Shown piece by piece: positions 1 through 9,567 of a DNA stretch of 64,000 nucleotides (position 1 is its first letter; the number at the start of each line of letters is the position of its first letter). The DNA comes from an uncultured bacterium (GTDB taxonomy: Bacteria > Bacillota > Clostridia > Oscillospirales > Ruminococcaceae), in assembly GCA_934875375.1 (NCBI GenBank), contig CAKXHL010000002.1, forward strand, positions 1,330 to 65,329, in the 5' to 3' direction. The notes below the pieces were generated by a model. It had not been told where the DNA came from and did no database searches. It was given only the letters and a program-made list of their open reading frames with translations. The position numbers were made by a program, and so were the translations under genes.

Positions 1-305
1 GCCGTGCGTAGCGCAGCGGACACATAGTCGTGCTCCATGATATAGTTGGGCAGGTCTGGGGCAACAGAGTTTCTCTTCTTACCGGCCAGATCATACATCG
101 TAGTTTTATCCTCGTCGTTCAGCATGAGAATTTGGGAAATCAGCTCCAGTTTCTCCTTTTCAGGGGGATTGCGGCGGTCCTTCTCGATGTCGGTCAGATA
201 GGGCGCAGTAATCCCTATCATTTCCGCCATTTTGCGGAGCGTGATTTGTTTCTCTGTGCGTTTCCTTTGAAGGAACTCTCCAAAATTCTGGTACTGTGTG
301 TTCAT
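1..305 (-). CDS. XRE-family HTH transcriptional regulator (3' end runs off the window)
   Basis: Reverse-strand ORF from ATG ~305 preceded by an AAGGTGA RBS. Translation MNTQYQNFGEFLQRKRTEKQITLRKMAEMIGITAPYLTDIEKDRRNP... shows a canonical HTH_3 fold. The listed + ORF 30..335 is its antisense shadow. Confidence 0.6.
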   Translation of the reverse strand, partial: MNTQYQNFGEFLQRKRTEKQITLRKMAEMIGITAPYLTDIEKDRRNPPEKEKLELISQILMLNDEDKTTMYDLAGKKRNSVAPDLPNYIMEHDYVSAALRT

Positions 306-515
306 GTCGTTCACCTTTTCTACTTTACATTATAAGCTCTATCTTGATTCATTCAGCCTGTTTACAGCACTGTTATCATACTTGCGGGCAACTTCTCATC
401 ACAACGGTGAATCGAATTAGCATAGACGCTTGTATGCTTGTTAGCAACTATGCTAACAAGATTATACGCAAGATATAATGACTTTGTCAATAGGCAAAGC
501 AAAAATATTTGAAAA

Positions 516-1031
516 TCACTGCGGCTTTTCCTCGTACTTTTTGCTTTCCGCCTGCAGCTGCCTTTCCATTTCAAGCTGTTTGGCGAGAATGGCATTGACC
601 TTGTCATACAGATCCTCAATCAGAATTTCGGTTTTCAGGTTGACCTTGTAATCGTTTTCGGCTCTGCGGCGGTCCTTTTCCTCCTGTCGATTCTGGCTCA
701 TCATAATAAGCGGTGCCTGAATTGCCGCTACGCAGGAAAGCACCAGGTTTAGCAGAATAAACGGATATGGGTCAAAGGCTTTGGCTGCCAGAATGACATT
801 GACGACCATCCAAAGAACAAGCACGCCGGTAAAGGAAAAGATGAACGCCCAGCTGCCGGCAAATTTTGCAATGGTATCGGCGGCACGCTGTCCTAATGTA
901 TACTTTTCCTTTCCGCTTTCGGGACGAACCGAAATTTTGCTGTCCGCCAGCAAATTCAGCACTTCCTCATCGGTCATATCGTGGCGAATATCCTTTAATA
1001 CTTCTCTTAACAGTTTTCTGTTTTCTTTCAT
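516..1031 (-). CDS. DUF1003-family membrane protein
   Basis: 171 aa with two TM helices flanked by a charged coiled region (WAFIFSFTGVLVLWMVVNVILA...), the typical DUF1003 architecture. Confidence 0.6.
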   Translation of the reverse strand: MKENRKLLREVLKDIRHDMTDEEVLNLLADSKISVRPESGKEKYTLGQRAADTIAKFAGSWAFIFSFTGVLVLWMVVNVILAAKAFDPYPFILLNLVLSCVAAIQAPLIMMSQNRQEEKDRRRAENDYKVNLKTEILIEDLYDKVNAILAKQLEMERQLQAESKKYEEKPQ

Positions 1032-1032
1032 A

Positions 1033-2280
1033 TCATTGTTCCTCTCTCTCGGTTTTGTTTATAGCATGCAGGAAGAAATCAGGGCCTTTTTTTTCAAACA
1101 GGAGCAGTGACACACCAAGCAGCAGATCGGCGTGGATGGCAGGCTCATCCAAAGGAATGGCAAAATCATCCTTTATTCTGCGAATACGGTAAAGCACCGT
1201 ATTGCGATGAGTAAAAAGAGCGTCGCAGGTCTTTTTCAGCGAACGACAGCAGGTCAGATAGTAATAAAGCGTTTCGCAGTACTGTGTGTCCTTTTCCTTG
1301 TCGTGTGCGGCAAGCGCTCGGATCTCTTTTGCAATCAGGTCGCTTCGTCCCTCCAAGTTTTTCAGCAGCAGCGGTGTGCGAAGCTGCGCCACCGTGCAGA
1401 CATTTCCGCTGTGAAAGCGGCGATCCGTCATCAGCATCAAAGCCTCATGTGCCGTGCGGTAAAGGGCAGGCAAGTCGAACAGGTCATTTATTCCGTCAGA
1501 CATGACTACTTTTAATTGAAACTCCTCCGCCAACGCAGAAAAGCCGTTGAAATCCGCGTTTCCGTGTAAGAACAGAAACACATCTCTCCGATACAGAAAA
1601 GAATGCGACTGCGGAAATCTAACACCAAGTTCATCCTTCAGATGCCGTTTGCCGAGATATTCGTTGTGATAGGCGGTCAGCTCGATCAGCGCAAAGCCCG
1701 TGGGATGAAAATCCGCAAGGTAAGTACCGGAGGCTTGCAGACGAAAATACGGTACCGAGGAAAACCCTCCGTCTAACAGATGCATTAAAATATCCTCTGC
1801 CGTTTCAAAGGGTTTATCCTGCCTGCTGGCTTCAATAAAAGCCTGCTTAGCCAAAATCTGTTCTACCATATTCCAGGTTTCCGGCGGAATATTTTGCAAG
1901 TGTCCGTCAATATCCACACAAATAAGATATCCCAGCCGCACGCCGGAGCTGATAAGCGGTGAGAAACGGCGGCGGTAATCGCTGCCCTCCAGCTTCACAT
2001 AGTCTGCTTTCCCAGCAGACAGCGCCTCGCTTTGGCTGATGATCGCTCCGGCTTCATAGGTGATCTCTCCCTGCCTTACGGCATTCTGAAAAGGCGGATC
2101 GGTAAAGCCGAGCGGTCTGTGGTGTGCCGTAACATGAAAGGTATCGTCCAGCACAAGCAGCGGACATTCCAGCAATGCACCGGCGTCGGCAGCCAACGCC
2201 TTTAGGTCGTCCTGCGCGAAAAACTCCGACAAAAGCGTATCGGTGCTTCCGTTTTTCCAATTTGCTTGCTCCATATCCAT
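1033..2280 (-). CDS. PucR-family transcriptional regulator (C-terminal PucR HTH)
   Basis: C-terminus ...CETLYYYLTCCRSLKKTCDALFTHRNTVLYRIRRIKDDF is a PucR_C/HTH_30 signature. Start moved to the MDMEQ/MEQ Met because a perfect palindrome/hairpin (2288-2318) lies inside the longer N-terminal extension. Confidence 0.6.
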   Translation of the reverse strand: MDMEQANWKNGSTDTLLSEFFAQDDLKALAADAGALLECPLLVLDDTFHVTAHHRPLGFTDPPFQNAVRQGEITYEAGAIISQSEALSAGKADYVKLEGSDYRRRFSPLISSGVRLGYLICVDIDGHLQNIPPETWNMVEQILAKQAFIEASRQDKPFETAEDILMHLLDGGFSSVPYFRLQASGTYLADFHPTGFALIELTAYHNEYLGKRHLKDELGVRFPQSHSFLYRRDVFLFLHGNADFNGFSALAEEFQLKVVMSDGINDLFDLPALYRTAHEALMLMTDRRFHSGNVCTVAQLRTPLLLKNLEGRSDLIAKEIRALAAHDKEKDTQYCETLYYYLTCCRSLKKTCDALFTHRNTVLYRIRRIKDDFAIPLDEPAIHADLLLGVSLLLFEKKGPDFFLHAINKTEREEQ

Positions 2281-2410
2281 CCCCAATCCACTTGTGCAAA
2301 AAGCACAAGTGTTTTTTGTTTTATTATACTGCCGTACCATTGTCATTTCAAGTACAAAAGATTAAAATAAACGCAGAAAACAAAGAAAGAGCAACGAAAA
2401 GGCGGTGTAA

Positions 2411-2944
2411 ATGTTTATGGCTTCTAAATCAATGAGAGTTCTGAATATCGTTTCCGGTGTGCTTTTGATTGTGGTTGGCATCTATTGCTTGTGCAATCAG
2501 GACATTGCAGTAGAAACAGCGGGCTTGATGGTCGGCATATTTATGTTGGTTTCGGGCATTATTGAGATCGTTGTGTTTGCCGCAACAAGCGGGTTGCTGT
2601 TCGGTTCCGGTTGGCTGCTACTGGACGGTGTGCTGACGGTGATTTTATCACTGTTCCTGCTTTTCAATCAGTGGTTTACCATGTTGTCGCTACCGTTACT
2701 GTTTACACTTTGGCTTTTGTTCTCCGGTATTTCTCGGTTCGTCAGTGCATTCGATTTGAAAGCGCTTGGCGTTCACAACTGGGGATGGGTTTTAGCCGTT
2801 GGTATTGTTCTGATGATTGCCGGGTTTATCTGTATGATGGATCCTTTGGTCAGCATAACGGCTGTCGGTATGACAGTAGGACTTGTGTTTCTGCTTGAAG
2901 GCATCAGTGCTATTGTCTATGCTTGTATCCCGAGAACGAGATAA
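2411..2944 (+). CDS. HdeD-family (DUF308) acid-resistance membrane protein
   Basis: 177 aa, ~6 TM helices in three hairpin repeats (LLIVVGIYCL..., GLLFGSGWLLLDGVLTVILSLFLLF...), typical HdeD/DUF308. Confidence 0.6.
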   Translation: MFMASKSMRVLNIVSGVLLIVVGIYCLCNQDIAVETAGLMVGIFMLVSGIIEIVVFAATSGLLFGSGWLLLDGVLTVILSLFLLFNQWFTMLSLPLLFTLWLLFSGISRFVSAFDLKALGVHNWGWVLAVGIVLMIAGFICMMDPLVSITAVGMTVGLVFLLEGISAIVYACIPRTR

Positions 2945-3012
2945 TAATTTTGAAAGCAATGCTTAGGTACGGCTTACCGTACGGCAAAACTTTAATATAG
3001 ATAATAAATCAT

Positions 3013-3462
3013 TTGGAGGAATGTATTATGTTACCCAGCATTTACGGTGAAAACATGTTAGACGATTTCTTTGGTACCGGTTTCTTCGGCGGTCATGATC
3101 CGCTGTTCGGCAAGAATGGCAGAAACCTGATGAAGACCGATATCCGCGAGACGGACGATGCCAAAAGCTACCGTTTCGCAGTAGATCTGCCCGGCTTTGA
3201 AAAGGACGAGATCCATGTAGATGTCAAGGACGGTTATCTGACCGTCAGTGCCGAAAAGGGTCTTGACAAGGCCGAAGAGGACAAGAAAGGTCGTGTCCTT
3301 CGCCAAGAGCGTTATGCGGGCGCTTGCTCCCGTAGCTTCTATGTCGGTGATGTAAAGCCGGAGGACATCAAGGCGAAATACGAGCACGGTGTTCTGACCA
3401 TTCTGGTTCCGAAGCATGATCCGAAAAAGCTGACCTCGAGCAGCAAGGTTACTATTGAATAA
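3013..3462 (+). CDS. Hsp20/alpha-crystallin small heat-shock protein (probable start ATG ~3028)
   Basis: FRFAVDLPGFEKDEIHVDVKDGYLTVSAEK...RQERYAGACSRSFYVGD...GVLTILVPK is a canonical ACD domain. RBS GGAGGAA upstream. Confidence 0.85.
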   Translation: MEECIMLPSIYGENMLDDFFGTGFFGGHDPLFGKNGRNLMKTDIRETDDAKSYRFAVDLPGFEKDEIHVDVKDGYLTVSAEKGLDKAEEDKKGRVLRQERYAGACSRSFYVGDVKPEDIKAKYEHGVLTILVPKHDPKKLTSSSKVTIE

Positions 3463-3473
3463 TCGTGACTGGG

Positions 3474-3510
3474 TCTGCCGCCTGTACTGTGCAGGCGGCA
3501 GATTTTTTAT
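3474..3510 (+). terminator. Rho-independent terminator of the hsp20 gene
   Basis: tctgccgcctg-tactgtg-caggcggcaga followed by TTTTTTAT. Confidence 0.8.
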
Positions 3511-3526
3511 ATAAGGAAGCGAAAAC

Positions 3527-4396
3527 ATGGAAGAGAAAATTTCGCTGAACGGCGTCATTGATATGCATGTTCACACAGCACCGGATGTTTGCGGACGCAC
3601 CTATAACGATCTGGAATTAACCGCTGCTGCCGTTCGTGCCGGAGCAAGGGCGATCGTTATCAAAGGGCATCATTGCTCAACCGTGGCTCGTGCGGCGCTG
3701 TGCAACGCCTATAACCGAATGGCATTTGACAGCAATTCATTCGTCATGTACGGCGGGTTGGTTCTGAATTATGAAGCGGGCGGACTGAATCCCAAAGCGG
3801 TACAGACCGCACTTGAAATGGGTGCCAAGGTCATTTGGCTGCCGACAGTGGATGCGGAAAACGACTGCCGAAAGCACGGAAGAAGCGGCGGTATTCGCAT
3901 GACGGATGACCGAGGTGTATCGCTTCCGGAGCTGCGCCGTATCTTTACGCTTATCAAGGAGTATGACGCCGTTCTTGCCACCGGTCATATTTCGCCGGAG
4001 GAGATACGGTGTGTGGTAGACAGCGCCCGCAATATCGGTGTACAAAAAATCGTAATTACCCATCCTGAATACTGGGTGGTAGATATGAGCCTTGAAACGC
4101 AAAAGGAACTGATTTCGGATTACGATGTCGTTTTGGAACGCTGTTTTATGCAGCCGCTGAAAAACGGCAAGTGGGTCAGCAATGCAGAGCGTAATCTTGA
4201 AACGATTCGGAAACTCGGAGCAGAGAGCACGATTCTGTCCACCGATTGCGGTAATCCTGCAACACCGCCTTGGGAGGAATCCATGGGGCAGTATCTGCAG
4301 TTTATGGTTGATCATAATGTCAGTATGGAAGAGCTACGAACCATGACAAAAACAACGCCCACACGACTCTTGGGGCTTGCGGATACACTTGAATAA
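3527..4396 (+). CDS. TIM-barrel metal-dependent hydrolase-like protein (amidohydrolase-related, unassigned family)
   Basis: 289 aa with the N-terminal metal-binding-like motif IDMHVHTAPD and alternating beta/alpha pattern. Family not recognised beyond that. Confidence 0.4.
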   Translation: MEEKISLNGVIDMHVHTAPDVCGRTYNDLELTAAAVRAGARAIVIKGHHCSTVARAALCNAYNRMAFDSNSFVMYGGLVLNYEAGGLNPKAVQTALEMGAKVIWLPTVDAENDCRKHGRSGGIRMTDDRGVSLPELRRIFTLIKEYDAVLATGHISPEEIRCVVDSARNIGVQKIVITHPEYWVVDMSLETQKELISDYDVVLERCFMQPLKNGKWVSNAERNLETIRKLGAESTILSTDCGNPATPPWEESMGQYLQFMVDHNVSMEELRTMTKTTPTRLLGLADTLE

Positions 4397-4452
4397 AATG
4401 AAAGACACATTGCCTTACTCAAATTACAAGCAGGCGATGTGTCTTTTTGGGG

Positions 4453-5274
4453 TTAGCGTTTCGGTACACTCTTTCCGACGACAACGATTCCGGCTAAAAT
4501 CTCCGCAACGGACAGCCCCGTCTCTACATCCATGGGGCAGACCCGCAGGCATTTGCCGCAGTGAACGCATTTGCTTTCGTCACAGTGTACACGCAACACG
4601 GAAAAATAGCTCATAGGCTTGAGAAACACCGTAACGGGACACAGATATTTGCAGAACGCCCGGTTATCCTTTAACGCAAATGCCAGAGCAATGCCCGAAA
4701 TATAGTAAATCACGTTTCCTGCAAGGAACAGCCGGAACATGATCTGCTCCAAATTTGCTGCCTTCATCAGAAACAGCCCGGACACCAATGCCAAGGATAG
4801 TGCAAACATCACATAACGCAGTATTCCGAGTTTTTCTTTCCGCGGTTTCTGCGGCTGCTTGTAGGGAAGAAAATCCAGCACCATTGCCGTCCAGCAGGCG
4901 TATCCGCACCAGCCGCGCCCGAAAAGTAGGGAACCGAAAATTTTCGCCACAGCATAGTGGATAGTCGCCGCTTCAAAAACGCCGAGGAACAGATAGTACC
5001 AAAAGCCCTCGATCTGCATATTTTCACGGGAGATCACGCCGAGATACAGCAACATATAGCATCCGACTGCCAGTTGCACAAAATGCCTGGCATAGCGTTT
5101 CCCGGCAGTGAACAGCGCCGTGCCCAATGCGAGGCAGCAGCCTATGTAACTGAAATTCAACAGATAGAACAGGTTGTCCTTTGTGAGCCACAGCGTGACC
5201 GCTACCGCTTCAAACAACAGAAACAGTAAGAGGGACATGATATATTTTGAAAATCCGCTGTTATTTTTCGTCAT
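4453..5274 (-). CDS. 4Fe-4S-binding polytopic membrane protein (NapH/MauN-like)
   Basis: Multiple TM helices plus CGYACW, CKYLCP and a C-terminal CDESKCVHCGKCLRVCP ferredoxin motif. Start placed at MTKNNS (RBS GAAGGA). Confidence 0.6.
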   Translation of the reverse strand: MTKNNSGFSKYIMSLLLFLLFEAVAVTLWLTKDNLFYLLNFSYIGCCLALGTALFTAGKRYARHFVQLAVGCYMLLYLGVISRENMQIEGFWYYLFLGVFEAATIHYAVAKIFGSLLFGRGWCGYACWTAMVLDFLPYKQPQKPRKEKLGILRYVMFALSLALVSGLFLMKAANLEQIMFRLFLAGNVIYYISGIALAFALKDNRAFCKYLCPVTVFLKPMSYFSVLRVHCDESKCVHCGKCLRVCPMDVETGLSVAEILAGIVVVGKSVPKR

Positions 5275-5509
5275 TTTCCTTCTCTTCATCGCTTTTTTTC
5301 TGCCCCTTTTTCTTTTTGCTTTTCAATGCACCGACAGCCGAACCGCCGCACAGCCCCACGGCAACGCCGATCATCATACAAAGACCGAGGTTGTCCGTCA
5401 CGATCCCGAAGAAAACGCCGAGGCTCAAACCGATGGAAAGGCCAAGGGAACTGCCGGCGGCAATATCCGTGTCTTTTTTGTCGTTCTTGTCTTTCTGAGG
5501 CTTCATAAT
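5261..5509 (-). CDS. small hypothetical membrane protein (Gly-zipper TM, Lys-rich termini)
   Basis: ATG at ~5509 with AAAGGAGAGG RBS. MKPQKDKNDKKD...SLGLSIGLSLGVFFGIVTDNLGLCMMIGVAVGLCGG...KKKKGQKK. Confidence 0.4.
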   Translation of the reverse strand: MMKPQKDKNDKKDTDIAAGSSLGLSIGLSLGVFFGIVTDNLGLCMMIGVAVGLCGGSAVGALKSKKKKGQKKSDEEKENDEK

Positions 5510-5547
5510 CCGGTTCCTCTCCTTTGAATGATCAAATTCCGCACCGC

Positions 5548-5721
5548 TTATTGTTCTGTGTTGTCCGGCACGCAGAATAAAATAATCGCCTCGCAGGAAT
5601 TGGTTACGGAGAAGGTCACAGGTTCCCACCCATCTTTTGCTTTTTCATTGATTACTTTTTCAATTTCGTCTGCCATTTGCTTTGCCTTGAGTGCATAATC
5701 GGTTACAATGGTTTTGTAAGT
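5548..5721 (-). CDS. DUF4177-domain protein
   Basis: MTYKTIVTDYALKAKQMADEIEKVINEKAKDGWEPVTFSVT... is the classic DUF4177 fold signature. Confidence 0.5.
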   Translation of the reverse strand, partial: TYKTIVTDYALKAKQMADEIEKVINEKAKDGWEPVTFSVTNSCEAIILFCVPDNTEQ

Positions 5722-6061
5722 CATAAGAGACCCTCTTTTCGTCATTCTAAGTTATCCTGATACTTTGTCATTGTATATTATAAATTCTTTATGTTAATTC
5801 AGATACCGAAGTCGTGTAATATCTGCGTAAAATCTTAGAATAGCATTCATTGAAAAGGCGGTTTGTCATCCGCACAGCACATGTGAAACGGATTTCCTTA
5901 CTGTAAAAGGCTTATTTCTTTGCTTTTTCCTTCTTTGGCTTGTGCATTCGACACAAGCCGCTTTTCAATTATTGTACCAGCGGTTTCTTGTGCTTACAAG
6001 TGAAAAAGCTTAAACTATAGATAGTTGAAAAAGACTAAACACTCTCATGGAGGAATGAATA

Positions 6062-6535
6062 ATGAAATGCGAAAATTGTGGCAAGAATGAAGCCAACTTT
6101 GTATATCGCAGCAGCATAAACGGCAGAACAGAAGAGCATCACCTTTGCCGAGCCTGTGCTGAAAAGCTGGGCTATACACAGAGGTTCTTTGAGCAGAGAC
6201 CGTCCATAATGGACAGTTTCTTTGGCTCAATGCCGTCACTAATGGGGCGGATGCTGGATAGTCCTTTTGATGATTTCTTCGACGATATGCCTGCCATCGG
6301 CGCAGCTCCGGTGCAGGAAATTCGTGAGGAAAAGAAGGATGACCTGATGAGCGGTGAGGAGCAGAGCCGTTTTTCCTATCTGCGTCAGATGAACGCCTTA
6401 AAGCAGGCTCAAAAGAAAGCGATTCATAAAGAAGATTTTGAACGCGCCGCTCAGCTGCGTGATGAAATTTACGAGTTGGAGGAGGCTCATAAGGAAGCCG
6501 AAGCGTCCAAAAAAGATGATAAAAATCGCAATTAA
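6062..6535 (+). CDS. UvrB/UvrC-motif protein with N-terminal CxxC zinc finger (McsA-like)
   Basis: MKCENCGKNEA...HHLCRACAE zinc finger and C-terminal UVR motif EDFERAAQLRDEIYELEE. Immediately upstream of clpC, as mcsA is in Firmicutes. Confidence 0.65.
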   Translation: MKCENCGKNEANFVYRSSINGRTEEHHLCRACAEKLGYTQRFFEQRPSIMDSFFGSMPSLMGRMLDSPFDDFFDDMPAIGAAPVQEIREEKKDDLMSGEEQSRFSYLRQMNALKQAQKKAIHKEDFERAAQLRDEIYELEEAHKEAEASKKDDKNRN

Positions 6536-6589
6536 AGCGTGTATTTAAGAGAAAGATACACTTCACGATAAAAAGAGAGGTATTGCATT

Positions 6590-9049
6590 ATGGATGAAAA
6601 TAAATTCACTCCCACTGCGGAAGAAGCCTTGCAACTGGCTCAGGAGGCCGCAGGCGAATTAGGTCACGGTTATATGGGTACGGAACACCTGTTACTGGGC
6701 TTGATGCGCGAGGACGAAGGACTTGCCCATACGGTATTGACAGAGGCAGGTCTGACGGATGACCTGCTGACGGAAATGATTCGCAAAACCGCCGGTTCCC
6801 GTCCTTCGGACAACGGCGGGTCTGCACAGGATCTTAGTCCCAGAACGAAACATGTATTACAGATTGCTATGGAGGATGCCATCCGCGGCGGCTATGCCTA
6901 TATCGGCACAGAGCATTTGCTCGCAGGCATTCTTCGTGAGGGCAACAATATGGCAGTCCGTATTCTTAGGTCTGCCGGTGTGGATGCCCGTCAGCTGTAT
7001 ACGGCATTGATGGAAAAAGTCAGCGTTGCACCCCACGCTCAAAGCGGCGGCAGCACCTCGGGTACCGAAAACAGTGAAGAAGGCGGCAAAAACAAGACTT
7101 TGTCGGAGTTCACCCACGATTTGACGGCTGACGCCAGAACAGGAAAACTGGATCCTGTCATCGGCCGTGATAAAGAGATCAAGCGAGTAATTCAGATTCT
7201 GTCTCGTCGCAGTAAGAATAACCCCTGTCTTATCGGTGAACCCGGCGTCGGCAAAACTGCCATTGCCGAAGGATTGGCTCATAAGATTGTCACAGGTAAG
7301 GTTCCTGAAAAGCTGCTGGACAAAAAACTGCTGTCTTTGGATCTTACCGGTATGGTAGCCGGAGCTAAATACCGCGGCGAGTTTGAAGACCGTATTAAGA
7401 AGGTCATGCAGGAGGCTAAAAAAGACGGCAACATCATCCTTTTCATCGACGAGCTGCATACCCTTGTCGGTACAGGCTCAGCCGAGGGTGCCGTTGATGC
7501 CGCCAATATTTTGAAGCCTGCGCTCAGCCGTGGTGAAATCCAAGTTATTGGTGCCACAACCTTGAATGAGTACCGCAAGTACATCGAAAAGGATGCCGCA
7601 CTGGAACGTCGTTTCCAGCCGGTCACCGTAGGTGAGCCGAGTCAAGAGGCTGCATTGGAAATATTGAAAGGTCTTAGGGAAAAATATGAGCAGCACCACG
7701 GTCTGCATATTACTGACGAAGCATTGAAGGCTGCGGTGGAATTATCATCTCGATATATCAATGACAGATTCCTGCCGGACAAAGCCATCGATTTGATGGA
7801 CGAAGCTGCCAGCCGTGTGGAGTTAGAGGAAGAAGAGCCTTCCGAAGAGCTTACGAGCCTTGAAGAAAAGCTCAACGCCCTTGCCGCAGATAAGGAAGCA
7901 GCCATTGCCGCACAGGACTTTGAGAAGGCTGCCAAACTTCGGGATACAGAAAAGGACTATAAGAAACAGCTGGAGACCGAGCGTAACAAGCACCGTAAGA
8001 GCAATCAAGAGCACCGTGATGTGAGCGAAGAGGATATTGCTGCTGTTGTTTCCGATTGGACCGGCGTGCCTGTTACTCGCCTTACCGAGGACGAAGGTCA
8101 GCGCCTATTGCATATGGAAGATATTCTCCATAAACGGGTCGTGGGTCAGGACGAGGCTGTAAAGGCTGTTGCCCGTGCCATTCGCCGCGGCCGTGTCGGC
8201 TTGAAGGATCCTAAGCGTCCTATCGGCAGCTTCTTGTTCCTCGGTCCTACCGGCGTTGGTAAAACGGAGCTGTGTAAGTCCTTGGCGGAAGCCATGTTCG
8301 GCGATGAAAACGCTATGATCCGAATCGATATGTCCGAATATATGGAGCGCCACACGGTGTCCCGTCTGGTTGGTTCGCCTCCCGGATATGTGGGTCACGA
8401 TGAGGGCGGTCAGCTGACGGAAAAGGTGCGCCGTAAGCCCTATTCCGTTGTACTGTTCGATGAAATCGAAAAAGCGCACGAGGATGTTTGGAACATCATG
8501 CTCCAGATTCTGGACGATGGCCGTATCACCGATTCTCAGGGTCGCACCGTGGACTTCAAGAACACTGTCATCGTTATGACAAGCAACATCGGTGCCAAGG
8601 CATTGACCGATGCCGGATCCAAGTTGGATTTCAAAGCCGGTGATAAAGAGGCCGAGAAGGATGCCGATAAGGCATACGAACAGGCCAAGGAAACCGTTAT
8701 GGAAGAGCTGCGCCGTACTTTCCGCCCCGAGTTTCTGAACCGTATTGATGACATTATCGTGTTCCGCGCTCTTAACGAGCAGGATATCGAAGAGGTTGCC
8801 CGTCGGATGCTCAAGACCGTGGAAAACCGTATGGAGTCCATGGATATTCATTTGGATGCAACCGAAGAAGCTGTGAAAGAGCTTGCCAGAGAAGGGTTCG
8901 ATCCGAAATACGGTGCCCGTCCGTTGCGTAGAGCCATTCAGAGCAAGGTGGAGGACGCCGTGGCGGAGAAAATGCTGGATGGCACGCTCGATACCGGCGA
9001 TACCGCCAAACTGACTGTGGAGGACGGCAAACTGGTTGTGACCAAGTGA
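6590..9049 (+). CDS. clpC: ATP-dependent Clp protease ATP-binding subunit ClpC
   Basis: Two Clp_N repeats, two AAA+ modules (GEPGVGKT; GPTGVGKT), an internal UVR motif (AAQDFEKAAKLRD) and ClpB_D2-small. 819 aa. Confidence 0.95.
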   Translation: MDENKFTPTAEEALQLAQEAAGELGHGYMGTEHLLLGLMREDEGLAHTVLTEAGLTDDLLTEMIRKTAGSRPSDNGGSAQDLSPRTKHVLQIAMEDAIRGGYAYIGTEHLLAGILREGNNMAVRILRSAGVDARQLYTALMEKVSVAPHAQSGGSTSGTENSEEGGKNKTLSEFTHDLTADARTGKLDPVIGRDKEIKRVIQILSRRSKNNPCLIGEPGVGKTAIAEGLAHKIVTGKVPEKLLDKKLLSLDLTGMVAGAKYRGEFEDRIKKVMQEAKKDGNIILFIDELHTLVGTGSAEGAVDAANILKPALSRGEIQVIGATTLNEYRKYIEKDAALERRFQPVTVGEPSQEAALEILKGLREKYEQHHGLHITDEALKAAVELSSRYINDRFLPDKAIDLMDEAASRVELEEEEPSEELTSLEEKLNALAADKEAAIAAQDFEKAAKLRDTEKDYKKQLETERNKHRKSNQEHRDVSEEDIAAVVSDWTGVPVTRLTEDEGQRLLHMEDILHKRVVGQDEAVKAVARAIRRGRVGLKDPKRPIGSFLFLGPTGVGKTELCKSLAEAMFGDENAMIRIDMSEYMERHTVSRLVGSPPGYVGHDEGGQLTEKVRRKPYSVVLFDEIEKAHEDVWNIMLQILDDGRITDSQGRTVDFKNTVIVMTSNIGAKALTDAGSKLDFKAGDKEAEKDADKAYEQAKETVMEELRRTFRPEFLNRIDDIIVFRALNEQDIEEVARRMLKTVENRMESMDIHLDATEEAVKELAREGFDPKYGARPLRRAIQSKVEDAVAEKMLDGTLDTGDTAKLTVEDGKLVVTK

Positions 9050-9074
9050 CAATCCTCAGAAAGTCTATATATTT

Positions 9075-9115
9075 GCGATATCCCCGGACGGTCATTGACC
9101 ACCGGGGATATTCGC
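9075..9115 (+). terminator. Candidate clpC terminator hairpin (T-run displaced ~18 nt)
   Basis: gcgatatccccgg-(14 nt loop)-ccggggatattcgc. TGTTTTT follows only at ~9133, so not canonical. Confidence 0.35.
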
Positions 9116-9529
9116 TATCCGACTTAAAATCACTGTTTTTAAAGAATCGTTTCGTTGATTGCACTTCTGGGAGACAACGGGGTACTTTTTAATCGGAGAA
9201 TACTTTTGTGCCATTTCACGTCGGATATACTCGCAGATCTTAACAAGTCGCACCCATTCCCACGAATCGGGGATGTCAAACTGTAACCTCATCCGGCAGC
9301 GATCGCACTTCATCGCCGATTTTCTCATAAGGGGTGTTATCAGAACTCGGCTGTTTAACGAATACCCCCAGTAGTTCAACGATTACTCGGCTGTTTAACG
9401 ATTGCGGCAGAGCAGAAAGCCGCAATCCCCATAAAACGCACAAAACCCCGCCGCAGAATTGCTCTGCAGCGGGGTTCGCTTATGCGCCGAAATAGCCGGA
9501 AAGCCTTATTTTAAGCGCTTTTCGGGCAT

Positions 9530-9567
9530 AGAAAAAGTCCAACGTAATTCTATCAAAATTACGTTGG
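9530..9567 (-). terminator. Rho-independent terminator downstream of tRNA-fMet
   Basis: Perfect 11-bp inverted repeat ccaacgtaatt/aattacgttgg. On the minus strand it is followed by a T-run (plus-strand A-run 9532-9536). Confidence 0.7.

Noticed and set aside
30-335. Listed + ORF of 101 aa
   Set aside because: It is the antisense shadow of a well-formed minus-strand XRE HTH gene (ATG ~305 with RBS). It has no RBS of its own and the protein is low-complexity.
5746-6061. CtsR operator upstream of the clpC operon
   Set aside because: There is no tandem (A/G)GTCAAA heptad. Only a TTTGTCA repeat is present, which is the wrong sequence.
6045-6566. 173-aa minus-strand ORF
   Set aside because: It lies entirely antisense to the UVR/zinc-finger gene. 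Long antisense and overlapping ORFs like this occur throughout the window (for example those antisense to clpC, alaS, ftsK and comEC) because of the high GC content. All such overlapping ORFs were discarded.
9339-9405. Direct repeats next to the tRNA as attachment sites of an integrated element
   Set aside because: The repeats are only 41 bp apart and lie between the tRNA and the core gene clpC. There is no integrase, no phage or ICE genes, and no compositional shift.
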